A stretch of DNA of 61,687 bases, from NCBI GenBank assembly GCA_021413585.1, contig JAIOQB010000204.1:1-61687 (forward strand). The letters run 5' to 3'. Below, one piece after another: positions 10,359 through 20,321 of the stretch (position 1 is the first letter of the stretch; every line of letters starts with the position of its first letter). The notes below the pieces were generated by a model. That model made no database searches, was not told the DNA's origin, and saw only the letters and a list, made by a program, of their open reading frames with translations. The stretch is from Planctomycetia bacterium. Lineage in GTDB: Bacteria; Planctomycetota; Planctomycetia; Pirellulales; UBA7805. A program made the translations under genes and the position numbers.

Positions 10359-12266
10359 ATGAAGGCGGCATTCAAGCGGGCGTTGGTCGTGCGGGTGTTT
10401 GTCGTGTTGCTGCTGGTGTCGATGCTGGTTTGCCCATGGACGGCGCGTGCCATGGCGCAAGTAGGCGCCGCCGGCAAAGGCTCTGTCACCGCTGCATTGG
10501 ATCGCCGCGGCGATTTTCACTTTGAGCGCATGCACCTGCAAGACATCGTTCAATCGCTGCGCGAGCAATTTAAGATCGATATTCGTATTGATAAAAAGGC
10601 GCTCGACGACGTCGGGGTTGACTCCGATAAAGAACTGGCGATCAAGAGCTTCCAGGAGAGAAAGAAGGACTTCGCCAAGAAAATGGCTTCCCAGCTTAAC
10701 AGCATGGGGCTTCGCATCGCCGCCAATGACGATTTATTCAAGCAGATACGAGAATTGCAGTACCCAGGTTTGAGCTTTGAAATCTCAGATGTTTCACTTC
10801 GGTCGGCTTTGCATCACTTCTTGCACGAACTCGACGATAGTGTGACGATTGCCGTGCAGGACGACATTTTGTGGATTACCACCAAGGAAGGCGCAGAGCG
10901 GAATCTCCAGGTCCACGTTTATGTTGTTGACGATTTGGCACATGCCTCCCCATTGCATATTCCAGCGGAGTCGCCGTTTGAGTCGCTTCCCCAGGCGGGA
11001 ACACCATCAGAATACGATTTTGAACCGTTGCGTCAGATATTATTCGGTACCATCGCCCCCGACTCTTGGGACGAGGCCGGTGGTCCAGGTTCGATCCGCG
11101 ACGGAAACGGCTCGCTGACGGTCTCGCAAACCTCCGAAATGCATGAAGAAATCGAGGCCTTATTGGCGGCATTGCGCAACGTGCGTGCCAAGGCAAAGCA
11201 ACCCGAACTAGGCTACGAGCCAATTGCGGTATCGGTCTCGGCGCCTGCCGCTCAGCGCGAGGAAATGATCACGGCGGCGCTGGAGAAGCGAGCTGACTTT
11301 GAACTTCAGAATGCCACGCTGGCTCAGATGATTAAGTTTATAGAGAAGAATTACAAGATTCATGTGCAACTTGATCAGGCATCGCTGGAGAAAGTCGGAG
11401 TCTCTGACGACACGCCTATTTCGCTTCACCAGCGAAACTCGACGCTGCGGGGAGTGCTGGAATCGCTATCTCGCTTAATTACGCCGACGCTGACGTTCAC
11501 CATCGATCATGAAGTCCTGTTAATCACGACGCATGAAGGAGCGTGTGAGAGACCGAAGGTAGTGATCTACCCGGTGCGCGATCTGGTGATCGCCGCCATG
11601 ACGGCTCCCGACGCGGAGAATCGCCCCGACCTGTGGGACTTTCAGCCGCTGATGGACAATATCAAGGGGAGCATCAACTCCGAGGGTTGGGACGACGCGG
11701 GCGGTGTGGGTTCGATCTCCGTCGATTCGGTCGCCGGGGCCTTGGTGATCTCGCAAACCGATGCCGTGCATCACGAGATTGTCGGCCTGCTCGGCGAGTT
11801 GCGACGGGTTGCCCTGGCACGGCCGAAAGTCAAGCGGCCGCCGGCCGAGGTTCAGCGCGACGCCGACCCGTACGTCACCGTCGTGTTCCGCCTCTGGCAG
11901 CCGTACAAGGAACAGGCCGTGGTCAAAGAGGCGGACCTGGTCAAGGTGATTCAGGAAATGGTTGCGCCAAAGAGTTGGCATGGGGAAGAGGTGTTTGTGC
12001 GAGTCCTGCCCAGCCGGCTCATCATTCGTCAGCGCGCTTCCGTACAGCGGATGATCTATGCGGCGCTGCAACGCCTGTCTGTGCTCAAGCCGGACGACGA
12101 GTCCGACAAGACTGGCAAACCCGACCAGCCGGCAAAGCCCAATAAACCCGAAAAAGGGAACAAGGGTTTCGGCGGAGGCGCATTTGGCGGCGGCACGTTC
12201 GGTGGGGGACAAGGAGGTTTTGGCGGATTCCAAGGCGCCGGGCAATTGCCCGGCGTTGGGAATTAA
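10359..12266 (+). CDS. exported protein with repeated secretin N-terminal (STN/NolW-like) modules
   Basis: Signal peptide; repeated TIAPDSWDEAGGPGSI and SINSEGWDDAGGVGSI blocks; Gly-rich tail; AAAGGA RBS. Confidence 0.75.
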   Translation: MKAAFKRALVVRVFVVLLLVSMLVCPWTARAMAQVGAAGKGSVTAALDRRGDFHFERMHLQDIVQSLREQFKIDIRIDKKALDDVGVDSDKELAIKSFQERKKDFAKKMASQLNSMGLRIAANDDLFKQIRELQYPGLSFEISDVSLRSALHHFLHELDDSVTIAVQDDILWITTKEGAERNLQVHVYVVDDLAHASPLHIPAESPFESLPQAGTPSEYDFEPLRQILFGTIAPDSWDEAGGPGSIRDGNGSLTVSQTSEMHEEIEALLAALRNVRAKAKQPELGYEPIAVSVSAPAAQREEMITAALEKRADFELQNATLAQMIKFIEKNYKIHVQLDQASLEKVGVSDDTPISLHQRNSTLRGVLESLSRLITPTLTFTIDHEVLLITTHEGACERPKVVIYPVRDLVIAAMTAPDAENRPDLWDFQPLMDNIKGSINSEGWDDAGGVGSISVDSVAGALVISQTDAVHHEIVGLLGELRRVALARPKVKRPPAEVQRDADPYVTVVFRLWQPYKEQAVVKEADLVKVIQEMVAPKSWHGEEVFVRVLPSRLIIRQRASVQRMIYAALQRLSVLKPDDESDKTGKPDQPAKPNKPEKGNKGFGGGAFGGGTFGGGQGGFGGFQGAGQLPGVGN

Positions 12267-12331
12267 ATCCGGCCGCAGAGGAATGCCATCTGCGGTGACG
12301 GAGAGCATAGCGTCAGTTTCTTACGGGTTGG

Positions 12332-13678
12332 CTAATTTTCATCCTTGCCGCCCAGTTGCTCCTCCGCCCGATCCGCCTGCCACGCCACGGCGGTCAGCAC
12401 GCGCGTGATGGACAGCGCATCGGCCGTGTCGGCCAATTGGTTGGCGGTGAGCACCAGCACCTCCCCTGCCCCTTGGTTCGTCACGGCGAACGCGCCTTGG
12501 ACGAGTTGCGTGTTCATGCGCAACACGGCCATCGCGTTTTCCGGCGCGACGATGCCACAGGTGGAACTGTAGCGAATCATCGCATGCCCTTGGGCGTCGG
12601 GCTCGTTGAATGTGACTCGGACCATCTGCTTCCGCAGCGCTCCGACGGGCACGGTGATCTGCCAGGCGTCTCCCTGCTCGATGATCGGATACCCGGCCGA
12701 CTGCGCGGCAAGTCGGACCAGCGCCTTGGGGTCGGCCGAGATCTGCTTGACTTCGGCCGCAGTTGCAGCAGCAACTGCGGGAGCCGCGGCGGCCGGTGGT
12801 GCTGGTGCGGCGGACGCAGGCCCGGCGGCCATTGCTTGCTGGATCATGCCGGGCAGGGCGAAGCCAAAACCCGCTCCCATGCCCATTCCCATCGCGCCGG
12901 TTCCCATGCCTCCTCCCCCCCCGCCCTGTTCGGCCAGCTTGGCCATGCTGTTGGCGGCCTGGTATTTCATGTACGAGTTCAAGTCGCCCACCGCTCCCAT
13001 GGAACTGCGGGTATCGATCGCCTTTTGGACTTCTTCCGGCGGCGTGATGGCGTTGATGAAGAAGTCGACCAACTCCAGGCCGTACTTGGCAAACTCGGCG
13101 CTCACTTTTTCCTTGGTGCCCTTGGCGATGTCGTCATAATGGCCGGCCAGTTCCAGGACGCTGATCTTTTGCGCACCTAACACGTCGGTCATCCGGGCCA
13201 CGATCAGGTCGCGCAGATATTCCGTCACGTCGTCGGTGGTGTACTTGCCTTGGGTGCCGACCAGTTCGGAAAGTAAAATCTTCGAGTCGTGGATGCGATA
13301 CGAAAATTTGCCGAAGCTGCGAATCCGCACCATGCCAAAGTCAGCGTCGCGCATCGGGATCGGTTCGCGCGTGCCCCACTTCTGGTCGACGAACGTCTGC
13401 TTGCCGAAGAAGTACACCTGAGCCTGAAATGGCGACTTCTCCCAGGGAATGGTCAACAGCCGCGTGAGGATCGGCACGTTGGCCGTGGTGAGCGTGTAGC
13501 GCCCGGGGCCAAACGAGTCGAGCGCCTGGCCGCTGCGGAAAAAGACCGCTTCCTGGTTCTCCTGCACGATCAGTTGGGCGCCGAGCTTGATATCGGCCGA
13601 GCCCTCGGCCGGCACCCGCTGCACCAGCGAGCGGTTGGCCCGATCGAAAAAATCTATGACTTCCAGGCGAAGGCCCAT
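12332..13678 (-). CDS. SPFH (YdjI-like) protein with C-terminal YbjN/CesT-like domain
   Basis: [32 protein letters not shown] linker; C-terminal alpha/beta chaperone-like domain. Confidence 0.8.
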   Translation of the reverse strand: MGLRLEVIDFFDRANRSLVQRVPAEGSADIKLGAQLIVQENQEAVFFRSGQALDSFGPGRYTLTTANVPILTRLLTIPWEKSPFQAQVYFFGKQTFVDQKWGTREPIPMRDADFGMVRIRSFGKFSYRIHDSKILLSELVGTQGKYTTDDVTEYLRDLIVARMTDVLGAQKISVLELAGHYDDIAKGTKEKVSAEFAKYGLELVDFFINAITPPEEVQKAIDTRSSMGAVGDLNSYMKYQAANSMAKLAEQGGGGGGMGTGAMGMGMGAGFGFALPGMIQQAMAAGPASAAPAPPAAAAPAVAAATAAEVKQISADPKALVRLAAQSAGYPIIEQGDAWQITVPVGALRKQMVRVTFNEPDAQGHAMIRYSSTCGIVAPENAMAVLRMNTQLVQGAFAVTNQGAGEVLVLTANQLADTADALSITRVLTAVAWQADRAEEQLGGKDEN

Positions 13679-13750
13679 CGTGGCTGCCCTTTGATTAAGT
13701 GTTGAAGAGGATGGAGTGTCCCGTGGATTATTAGAGCCGAAACTGATACT

Positions 13751-13783
13751 CCCTCACCCTGGCCCTCTCCCGGAAGGAGAGGG
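13751..13783. repeat. CCCTCACCC...CCCTCTCC/GGAGAGGG REP-like palindrome
   Basis: 8-bp hairpin CCCTCTCC-CGGAA-GGAGAGGG preceded by CCCTCACCC, a widespread repeat type. Confidence 0.65.
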
Positions 13784-14141
13784 GGGAAGTGGATAGGTCC
13801 GGCCGATTGGCATCATGATAGCGTTCACCCTAACGGACAGAAACATGCTGGCGGCCTGTTTTTTGACGCTGGCAGAGGCTTTTCGGTTTGTGGGATGCGG
13901 ATTTCAGAAGGCCTGCTGGCACCAGTCGCGACAATCTCCATTCGGAAACGGCCGGCTCGTATTGGTATTTGGGGGGCTGGTTTGTTATAGTCCGCCGCCC
14001 TGGAAGCAGGCCACTGGCTGCGCCCGGCTCTTATCACAGCTATTCACGTCGCGGTTCTTCGCAGTAAATCGTTGTCCGCCGATCGTATCGCGGCTGAGTG
14101 GCCTTCTGGTCGGCCTCCTGATTGTATTGGCGGGCTGCAAG

Positions 14142-14807
14142 ATGCCGACGATGCCGAAGATGGATAGCCTGACCGACTGGTACATCTACGGCGGCTCCGA
14201 GCATAAATACGACAAGCTCTACGGTCCCTTGCCTGCCCAGCGGATTGAAACGATCCGCCATATGGCCGACCACATGGAGCGCCGCTCCCCCGACGAGCAG
14301 CAGCGCATCGCCGTGGATCTGGCCAGCCAGATTCGCACGGAAGGAGACCCGCTGGTCCGCACGGCGATTCTGGAAACGCTGGTGACGTGTCGCGTGCCGC
14401 TGGCGGGCCAGGTGTTGGAAGCCGGAATGCACGATCAAAGCAGCGATGTCCGCATCGCCTGTTGCAACGCCTGGAAAAAACGCGGCGGACCGGAGGCGGT
14501 GAAGTCTCTCGGCATCGCGCTGTCCAAGGACAAGAACATCGACGTTCGATTGGCCGCCGCCAGCGCACTCGGTGAATTGCACGAGCCGGGCGTGCCGCAA
14601 GCGTTGGCCGTGGCGCTGGAGGATCGCCAGGATCCGGCCCTGCAGTACCGCGCTGTTGCATCGTTGCGAACGGTGACGAAGCAAGATCTGGGTAATGACG
14701 TGGTGGCCTGGCGTCAGTACGTGCAGAACTCGGCCACTCAACCCGCCACCTCGCCGGCTGCTCACGGCCCCACGCTTGCGGAGCGTGTCTTTCCCTGGTG
14801 GCGTTGA
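14142..14807 (+). CDS. HEAT-repeat lipoprotein (start uncertain)
   Basis: HEAT repeats DVRIACCNAW, DVRLAAASALG, ALQYRAVASL. The lipobox LAGC lies just upstream of this ATG, so the true start is probably earlier. Confidence 0.75.
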   Translation: MPTMPKMDSLTDWYIYGGSEHKYDKLYGPLPAQRIETIRHMADHMERRSPDEQQRIAVDLASQIRTEGDPLVRTAILETLVTCRVPLAGQVLEAGMHDQSSDVRIACCNAWKKRGGPEAVKSLGIALSKDKNIDVRLAAASALGELHEPGVPQALAVALEDRQDPALQYRAVASLRTVTKQDLGNDVVAWRQYVQNSATQPATSPAAHGPTLAERVFPWWR

Positions 14808-15294
14808 AACCCGTGGCGTTGAAACTGGTGGCGAGTCATGCCCGCGTTTTCGTGGACATGATACCTCCCATTCCCTCCCGAAGAGGGACGGCCCAATGGC
14901 CCATTCTTCATTTGCTTTCACTACTCGCAGTGTCAGCCGCTTCCCATTGTTAATAATGACAGTGGGTTAAAAATGACAATGCGGGCAATGCCATGAATCG
15001 AGCGATTCTACCGCGCCAATCCTGGTAAGAAATCCGGGCTGTAGGGCGAATATCTGCGCCAATCCGATATCTTGGTCGGGTCGTGTCGCGGCGGCTGGAC
15101 CTGCTGAACTTGTTCGGTAGGAACGTCCGATACAACAGCTACGCGGTACCCGTGCCTGCAAGCAACGCTACCGCCCACGCCTCGCCCAGCAAGTTGCCGA
15201 TCACGGTTGATTGGTAGACTTCCCCCATATTGCCCGACCCGAATTCGCCGCCCAAATGTTGTTGGGCCGAATGTTGCTCCAAGGATGGACGCCG

Positions 15295-17370
15295 ATGAAA
15301 CTGCGGTCGGTCTTCGCGGTCTGCGCCGGCTTGGGGCTCGCCTTCACGGCGGGTCGTTATCTGACGGATCCTCCTGCCTCGTTGGACGCCTCGCGCGTTG
15401 ATGCTTCGCTCGACGATACGGCGGACGCATTGGCGTTGTTGAAGCCCACGCGGCCGGGCGGAAAGGTCCGATCGGCGAAGAATGACGCCGTGCAAGATGT
15501 ACCAGTGGCAGACTCGCATCCTGCCAACGCGCAAAGCACCACTGACGCAGTCGCCGACACTTCGACTACGGCCCAATCGCCGACCGACGGGGGAGCAGCG
15601 GCGTCCGCGCCGAGTTCCGCCGAACCGGTGGCCCAAAAGCCCGTGGAAGAAGTGCTGCCGATCGGCCCCCGCCTGGCTGACAACGCCCCCGCGTTGCCGG
15701 AGACGATAGCGGCGGACGCCAATAAGTCTGAGCCGGCCGTCGTCCTCCCCCCTGCTCCGAAATCCGGCGACAACGATCTGGCGGCCGTGCCGCCGGCCGG
15801 TCCGTCGGTGGAACCGGTTTCGCCACCGGTTGCCACGAATGCCGCCGCCGATGCAGGCCCGGTGTTCCGACTGTCGGATCCCCAGGATGCGGCGAAATCG
15901 CTCAACAGTGACCCTGTCCCAAACAGCGACCCTGTCGCAAACAGTGTGCCCACATCAGCGCAGCCCAAAGTCTCCGACATTCCCCCCGCGCCGGAGCCGA
16001 TTGAGGTAGCGCTCAACACTCCGAAGCCGGCCGTCGTAGTGCCTCCTTACGAGCAAATAAATCGGAACCTCAAGACCAACATTGAGTCGGACGGCGCGTC
16101 GCGCACCTACATTCTCCCCAATGCCGTGGCGGCCATGGCGACGGTGCGGGCCGCCCAAACTGTCACTCCGCCGGCAACTGCTGGAACGACTAGCGTCGCG
16201 AATCGAAGCGAACCGCCAGTTTCGGCGGCCGCTGATAACGGCGCGGGCTCAATCGCATCGGCCGACGCTCCGCTCACCCCCGAAATGCTGGCCCTGCGGA
16301 CAAAAATCCGCAAAGCGCTCGAAATGTATCGGGGGAAGATGCTCAACACCCGCGACCACGGCGCTTGGGAGACGATGCATTCGATCATCGGCTACGGCGT
16401 TGAGAAGCAACTCGAGGTCGGCGGCCCAGGCGGCCAACGGGTAAACGCCATTGGCTGGCTCTCGTTCAACGGCCCATCGGCTGGCGAGCGGCTGTTCGTG
16501 TTGGGATCTGAAGGGCCGGCGGGTCGTCAAGGACCAGGCCTGCAGGGACATCCGGGGCAGTTCATGGCGATTCTGGCCCAGTGCCGTGTCCCGCTGGACT
16601 ACCCCATGCAGGTTGGCGGCCGCAAACTGACGGTGACGGATCTGGTCCGCCAGGAGCAACTGACGTGTCGCTCGAACACGGAATTGACGTTCAAGCTGAT
16701 CGGTCTGATGCACTACCTGAAGTCCGACGCCACCTGGCAGGACGAAAAGGGGGAAACCTGGAGCATTCCGCGGTTGATTAAGGAAGAGTTGGCTCAACCG
16801 GTCGTCGGGGCGGCGTGTGGCGGGACGCATCGGTTGTTCGCGCTGACCTACTCCTTCAAGAAGCGAGTGCAGCGCGGCGAGCCGGTGACGGGACAGTATG
16901 CCCGGGCCCGGACCTACATCCGCGACTTCCAGGACTACACGTTCAGCATGCAGAACCCGGATGGCACCTTCAGCACGGCGTTCTTTGCCGGTCGCGGAGC
17001 CTCGCCCGATCCGCAGCTCCGCCTGGAGACCACGGGGCACATTGCGGAATGGCTGGTTTTCTCGCTCGACAACGCTCAGCTTCGCGACCCGCGCATGGTC
17101 AAGGCGATCAACTATGTGAAAAAAGGTGTGAAGGGTGTGAAGAGGAGGCGTCCCACTCTTCTCACCCTTCAAACCATTCACACTCTTCAAACCCTTCACA
17201 CCCGCCGCAGGCGCCTTGCCGCCACGGGGCAAACTCTTTACCATGCCGGGGCCGATTTGCTGCGCTTGGGTCGCGGCGGCGGCAGGGCGTTCTTTTCTCC
17301 CTCCTTAGACCGATCCTCTTTTGCGACGGAATATCAGCGCCGATGCCGATGGACAGGTTTCGATCGATGA
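15295..17370 (+). CDS. planctomycete-conserved exported protein (alpha-barrel-like C-domain), C-terminus apparently replaced by repeat sequence
   Basis: Signal peptide, Pro/Ala linker, conserved-looking domain (ACGGTHRL, QNPDGTFS, TTGHIAEWL), then an abrupt switch to KKGVKGVK at 17119. Confidence 0.75.
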   Translation: MKLRSVFAVCAGLGLAFTAGRYLTDPPASLDASRVDASLDDTADALALLKPTRPGGKVRSAKNDAVQDVPVADSHPANAQSTTDAVADTSTTAQSPTDGGAAASAPSSAEPVAQKPVEEVLPIGPRLADNAPALPETIAADANKSEPAVVLPPAPKSGDNDLAAVPPAGPSVEPVSPPVATNAAADAGPVFRLSDPQDAAKSLNSDPVPNSDPVANSVPTSAQPKVSDIPPAPEPIEVALNTPKPAVVVPPYEQINRNLKTNIESDGASRTYILPNAVAAMATVRAAQTVTPPATAGTTSVANRSEPPVSAAADNGAGSIASADAPLTPEMLALRTKIRKALEMYRGKMLNTRDHGAWETMHSIIGYGVEKQLEVGGPGGQRVNAIGWLSFNGPSAGERLFVLGSEGPAGRQGPGLQGHPGQFMAILAQCRVPLDYPMQVGGRKLTVTDLVRQEQLTCRSNTELTFKLIGLMHYLKSDATWQDEKGETWSIPRLIKEELAQPVVGAACGGTHRLFALTYSFKKRVQRGEPVTGQYARARTYIRDFQDYTFSMQNPDGTFSTAFFAGRGASPDPQLRLETTGHIAEWLVFSLDNAQLRDPRMVKAINYVKKGVKGVKRRRPTLLTLQTIHTLQTLHTRRRRLAATGQTLYHAGADLLRLGRGGGRAFFSPSLDRSSFATEYQRRCRWTGFDR
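17115..17203. repeat. inverted pair of GTGTGAA/TTCACAC arrays
   Basis: TGTGAAAAAAGGTGTGAAGGGTGTGAAG ... CTTCAAACC-ATTCACACT-CTTCAAACC-CTTCACACC. Confidence 0.8.
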
Positions 17371-18266
17371 TTACGCTGGCGGTCCGCATGGCGCGGTCCA
17401 GCAACGCCGATGCGCTGATGCTGCTGGTCGAGGGGCCGACGAACTTTGAGAGGCTGAAGGAGGCGGTCGGCGACGTTCCGCTGCTGTTGGCCTCGGAGTC
17501 GGCGTCGTATCTGGAAGGGGCGGCAGCGTTTAACCTCCGTTCGATCAAGCTGCCGCAGTCCGAAGGGCCGGTGCAGGAAAAGCTCACGCAGGCTCTGCTG
17601 GAAAGCGTGGCGGACGATCTCTTGGCACCAGGGGCCGACGTGGTCGCCGTCTACAGCGGCTTTGAAGCGGGCAAGCTCGATTCGGTCAGCTTGATTCATC
17701 TCGACGAACACCTCAAGCGGCTCACCTCCAGCGACCTGCGGCAATTGGAAACCCGTGTCCCGCTCGACACGCTCAAGTCGGTGGTGGACCTAGCGGTGGA
17801 AATTGGCCGCGAGGGGCGCGAGGGGAAGCCTGTTGGCACGATGTTCGTCGTCGGCAACACGAAGAAAGTGCTGACGATGTGTCACGCCATCGGCTTCGAT
17901 CCGGTGAAAGGTTACCACCGCGACGAACGGATGCTCAGCGATCCCCGCGTGCGCGAGGGAATCAAGGAAATCGCCCAGATGGACGGCGCGTTCATCGTCA
18001 CGCCCGATGGAGTGGTGCAGGCGGCGGCGCAATACGTTGACGCCTCGGCGGCGGGCATCACGCTCTCCAAAGGGCTGGGTGCCCGACACTGGGCCGCGGC
18101 GGCAGTCAGCCGCGCCAGCGACGCGCTGGCGGTGACCGTGAGTGAATCGAGCGGCACGGTGCGCATCTTTCAAAATGGCGAAGTGATGCTCCGCATCGAG
18201 CCATTGCAACGGCCGATGAAGTGGAAGGGGTTTGAGGATGAACCCGAGGCGGCGTCGGGGGCGTAG
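17343..18266 (+). CDS. diadenylate cyclase (DisA_N domain, DacZ-like N-terminal extension)
   Basis: EGREGKPVGT, QMDGAF (DGA) and GLGARHWAAA (RHx) motifs. Confidence 0.88.
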   Translation: MPMDRFRSMITLAVRMARSSNADALMLLVEGPTNFERLKEAVGDVPLLLASESASYLEGAAAFNLRSIKLPQSEGPVQEKLTQALLESVADDLLAPGADVVAVYSGFEAGKLDSVSLIHLDEHLKRLTSSDLRQLETRVPLDTLKSVVDLAVEIGREGREGKPVGTMFVVGNTKKVLTMCHAIGFDPVKGYHRDERMLSDPRVREGIKEIAQMDGAFIVTPDGVVQAAAQYVDASAAGITLSKGLGARHWAAAAVSRASDALAVTVSESSGTVRIFQNGEVMLRIEPLQRPMKWKGFEDEPEAASGA

Positions 18267-18302
18267 CGTGACCAGATCCGGGGGCCGCGTCATTTGTGCG
18301 CC

Positions 18303-18371
18303 GTTAGCCGCCCGTCCCCGACGGGCGCGAGCCAGTTCGCACCTCGCGCCGCTGGGGCAGCGGCGGCTAAC
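18303..18371. repeat. GTTAGCCGCC-family REP inverted pair
   Basis: GTTAGCCGCCCGTCCCCGACGGGCGCG ... CGCGCCGCTGGGGCAGCGGCGGCTAAC; also at 53147 and 57678. Confidence 0.85.
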
Positions 18372-18391
18372 CTGGCTGGAGGATGAAGGCC

Positions 18392-18424
18392 GTGGGTGCA
18401 AGCACATGCAATCACCCACACTAC
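18392..18424 (-). repeat. GTAG REP variant with enlarged loop
   Basis: CGTGGGTGCAAGCAC-ATGCAAT-CACCCACACTAC; supplies the nnrE TAG. Confidence 0.65.
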
Positions 18425-19113
18425 TGGCTCGCGAGCATCTCATCCACCAGCTTTCGGGGCGCCCCGATATCCAGCACATGAACCTGGCCGGTGTATCGCT
18501 CCGCGCCCGGCGTTAGGAATCCTGGCTTCTGTGCGACGAATGTGCAGGTGTGCATTGCGATGATAGTGGCCCCAGCGGCGTGCCCAGTGTCGCAGTCCAA
18601 CCCGCTGGGAAGGTCAATCGCCAATATGGGCGCCGGATGCGCGTTCAACTGCCGTATCACGGCGTCTAATGGCGGCCGCGGATCGCCGACGGCTCCGGTG
18701 CCCAGCAGGCCGTCGATAATCCAACCGGCGTCGGCCAGCAGGTTGGAAAGCCGAGTCGCGTCGTGGCCGTCGCAAAAAACCTCTGTGGGTATGCCGGACC
18801 GAGCGATGATTTGAAAGTTTGTCGCCGCGTCCCCTTTTAATTGGTCTGGCTCGCCCCACACGAGGACTCGGACTTGAAGTCCGCGCAGGTCGAGGTGCCG
18901 TGCGAGTACAAAACCGTCGCCGGCATTGTTGCCGCGGCCGCAGCAGATGACAATCGACCCTATCAAACACGATCGGTTATCCAGATCTAGCAGTGCGTCC
19001 GCCAATCCGCGCCCCGCGTTTTCCATTAGCACGATGCTTGGCACGCCAAATTCGTCGGTCGCCCGGCGGTCCAGTTCGCGCGATTGCTGGCGGTTGAGCG
19101 TGGGGATATGCAT
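18421..19113 (-). CDS. nnrE: NAD(P)H-hydrate epimerase
   Basis: LMENAG, CGRGNNAGDG, IDGLLGTG and AIDLPSG motifs. Confidence 0.93.
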   Translation of the reverse strand: MHIPTLNRQQSRELDRRATDEFGVPSIVLMENAGRGLADALLDLDNRSCLIGSIVICCGRGNNAGDGFVLARHLDLRGLQVRVLVWGEPDQLKGDAATNFQIIARSGIPTEVFCDGHDATRLSNLLADAGWIIDGLLGTGAVGDPRPPLDAVIRQLNAHPAPILAIDLPSGLDCDTGHAAGATIIAMHTCTFVAQKPGFLTPGAERYTGQVHVLDIGAPRKLVDEMLASQ

Positions 19114-19189
19114 CTTGGCCGCATTATAGCAATCGCGATATAATCAATGGCCGCCCCAATTCTCAAATTACCAATTGCGGATGATTTCC

Positions 19190-19420
19190 ATGCCCCTTTA
19201 CGAATACATCTGCCAGAGCTGCGGCCATCCGTTTGAAGTGCTGGTGCGCGACGGCGAGTCACCGGCGTGCGAAGCGTGCGGCGGAACTGAGCTTGAAAAG
19301 CAATGGAGCGTGCCCGCGACGCACATGGCTGGACGGGCTTCATCGCTGCCAATGAGCGAAACGCCCCGCGGCGGCCCGTGCGGCCGTGGCGGGTGTGGAA
19401 TGCCGGAGTGTGGACCTTAG
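19190..19420 (+). CDS. FmdB-family zinc-ribbon protein
   Basis: MPLYEYICQSCG...CEACG. Confidence 0.88.
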   Translation: MPLYEYICQSCGHPFEVLVRDGESPACEACGGTELEKQWSVPATHMAGRASSLPMSETPRGGPCGRGGCGMPECGP

Positions 19421-19505
19421 TGGATGAACCAGGATCCCAATTGACGCGGGCGAGCAGACGATTACCAATTGCCTCAAAGTCGGCTGTCCGAGTTACGAGT
19501 TCAGA

Positions 19506-19976
19506 ATGTTAAACTGGCTTCAAAAACTATTGGGCGCGAGACAGCAAAAATCTGTGGCTGATGCTGGGCCAGAGACCATTAGAGATTCGACACGGTCCGC
19601 GGTTGCAGTTGATTTCAGCTCGATTCCCGATGATGCACGCCGCATGATCGCGCTGATCGATGCTCACAAGGATCATCCGCTCGTCAAGGAACACTTTTAT
19701 CAGGTCGCAATTGTTACTTTGATCGTGCCAGGATCTGGCGAGGCGACTATGTATTTGCCGGAGTTCCGTGACGGACTAAATGCCGCGCTAATCTGGGATG
19801 ACGCAAAGGACCAGTGGGGATCAGGGGGCTGGATTCCAGTTGCTCACGCCGAGGCTGACATCACCTGTCCGCCGTCGGCCTTTGGAATGCAATACATGCA
19901 AGGGAACCCAGCCTTTCCCACAGTCGCGGCTTTGCTGAGTGAGCTTTACGGGACACGACCGTCGCAGCAACACTAA
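19506..19976 (+). CDS. hypothetical protein (A/T-richer)
   Basis: 156-aa ORF with a natural-looking composition; no family recognised. Confidence 0.65.
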   Translation: MLNWLQKLLGARQQKSVADAGPETIRDSTRSAVAVDFSSIPDDARRMIALIDAHKDHPLVKEHFYQVAIVTLIVPGSGEATMYLPEFRDGLNAALIWDDAKDQWGSGGWIPVAHAEADITCPPSAFGMQYMQGNPAFPTVAALLSELYGTRPSQQH

Positions 19977-20212
19977 AATGGCTGAATCTCCCGACCTGAA
20001 TCGCGCCCGATTCTCGATCCAACCCCTACGGAGTTGACGTGAATCCTGTGGAGGTCGAAACCCAGGATCGCGCGGGCGACCACCGCTGCGCCGCTTACGT
20101 TGGGCTTTGAGATCAAACCCCGTTCGGGTCTTGCCCAAGGCAAGGACAGACAAGGCATGGATCCACTGTAGTGGGCTGCCCATGTCACTCAAAGATATTG
20201 ACGTGAAACGAA

Positions 20213-20274
20213 ACTAGCCCGAAGCGCGAGTGAGGGATTTTCCATTCCCTCCCTCGCTTGCGCTTCGGGCTAGT
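20213..20274. repeat. ACTAGCCCGAAGCG-family inverted repeat
   Basis: ACTAGCCCGAAGCGCGAGTGAGGGA ... TCCCTCGCTTGCGCTTCGGGCTAGT; second copy at 28045. Confidence 0.88.
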
Positions 20275-20291
20275 GTTTTTAAATTGGTTCG

Positions 20292-20314
20292 CTGGGGCGT
20301 TGCCCCAGGCACCC
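20292..20314. repeat. CTGGGGCGTTGCCCCAGGCACCC REP
   Basis: Identical unit in the pair at 49035-49089. Confidence 0.85.
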
Positions 20315-20321
20315 TCTTAGC

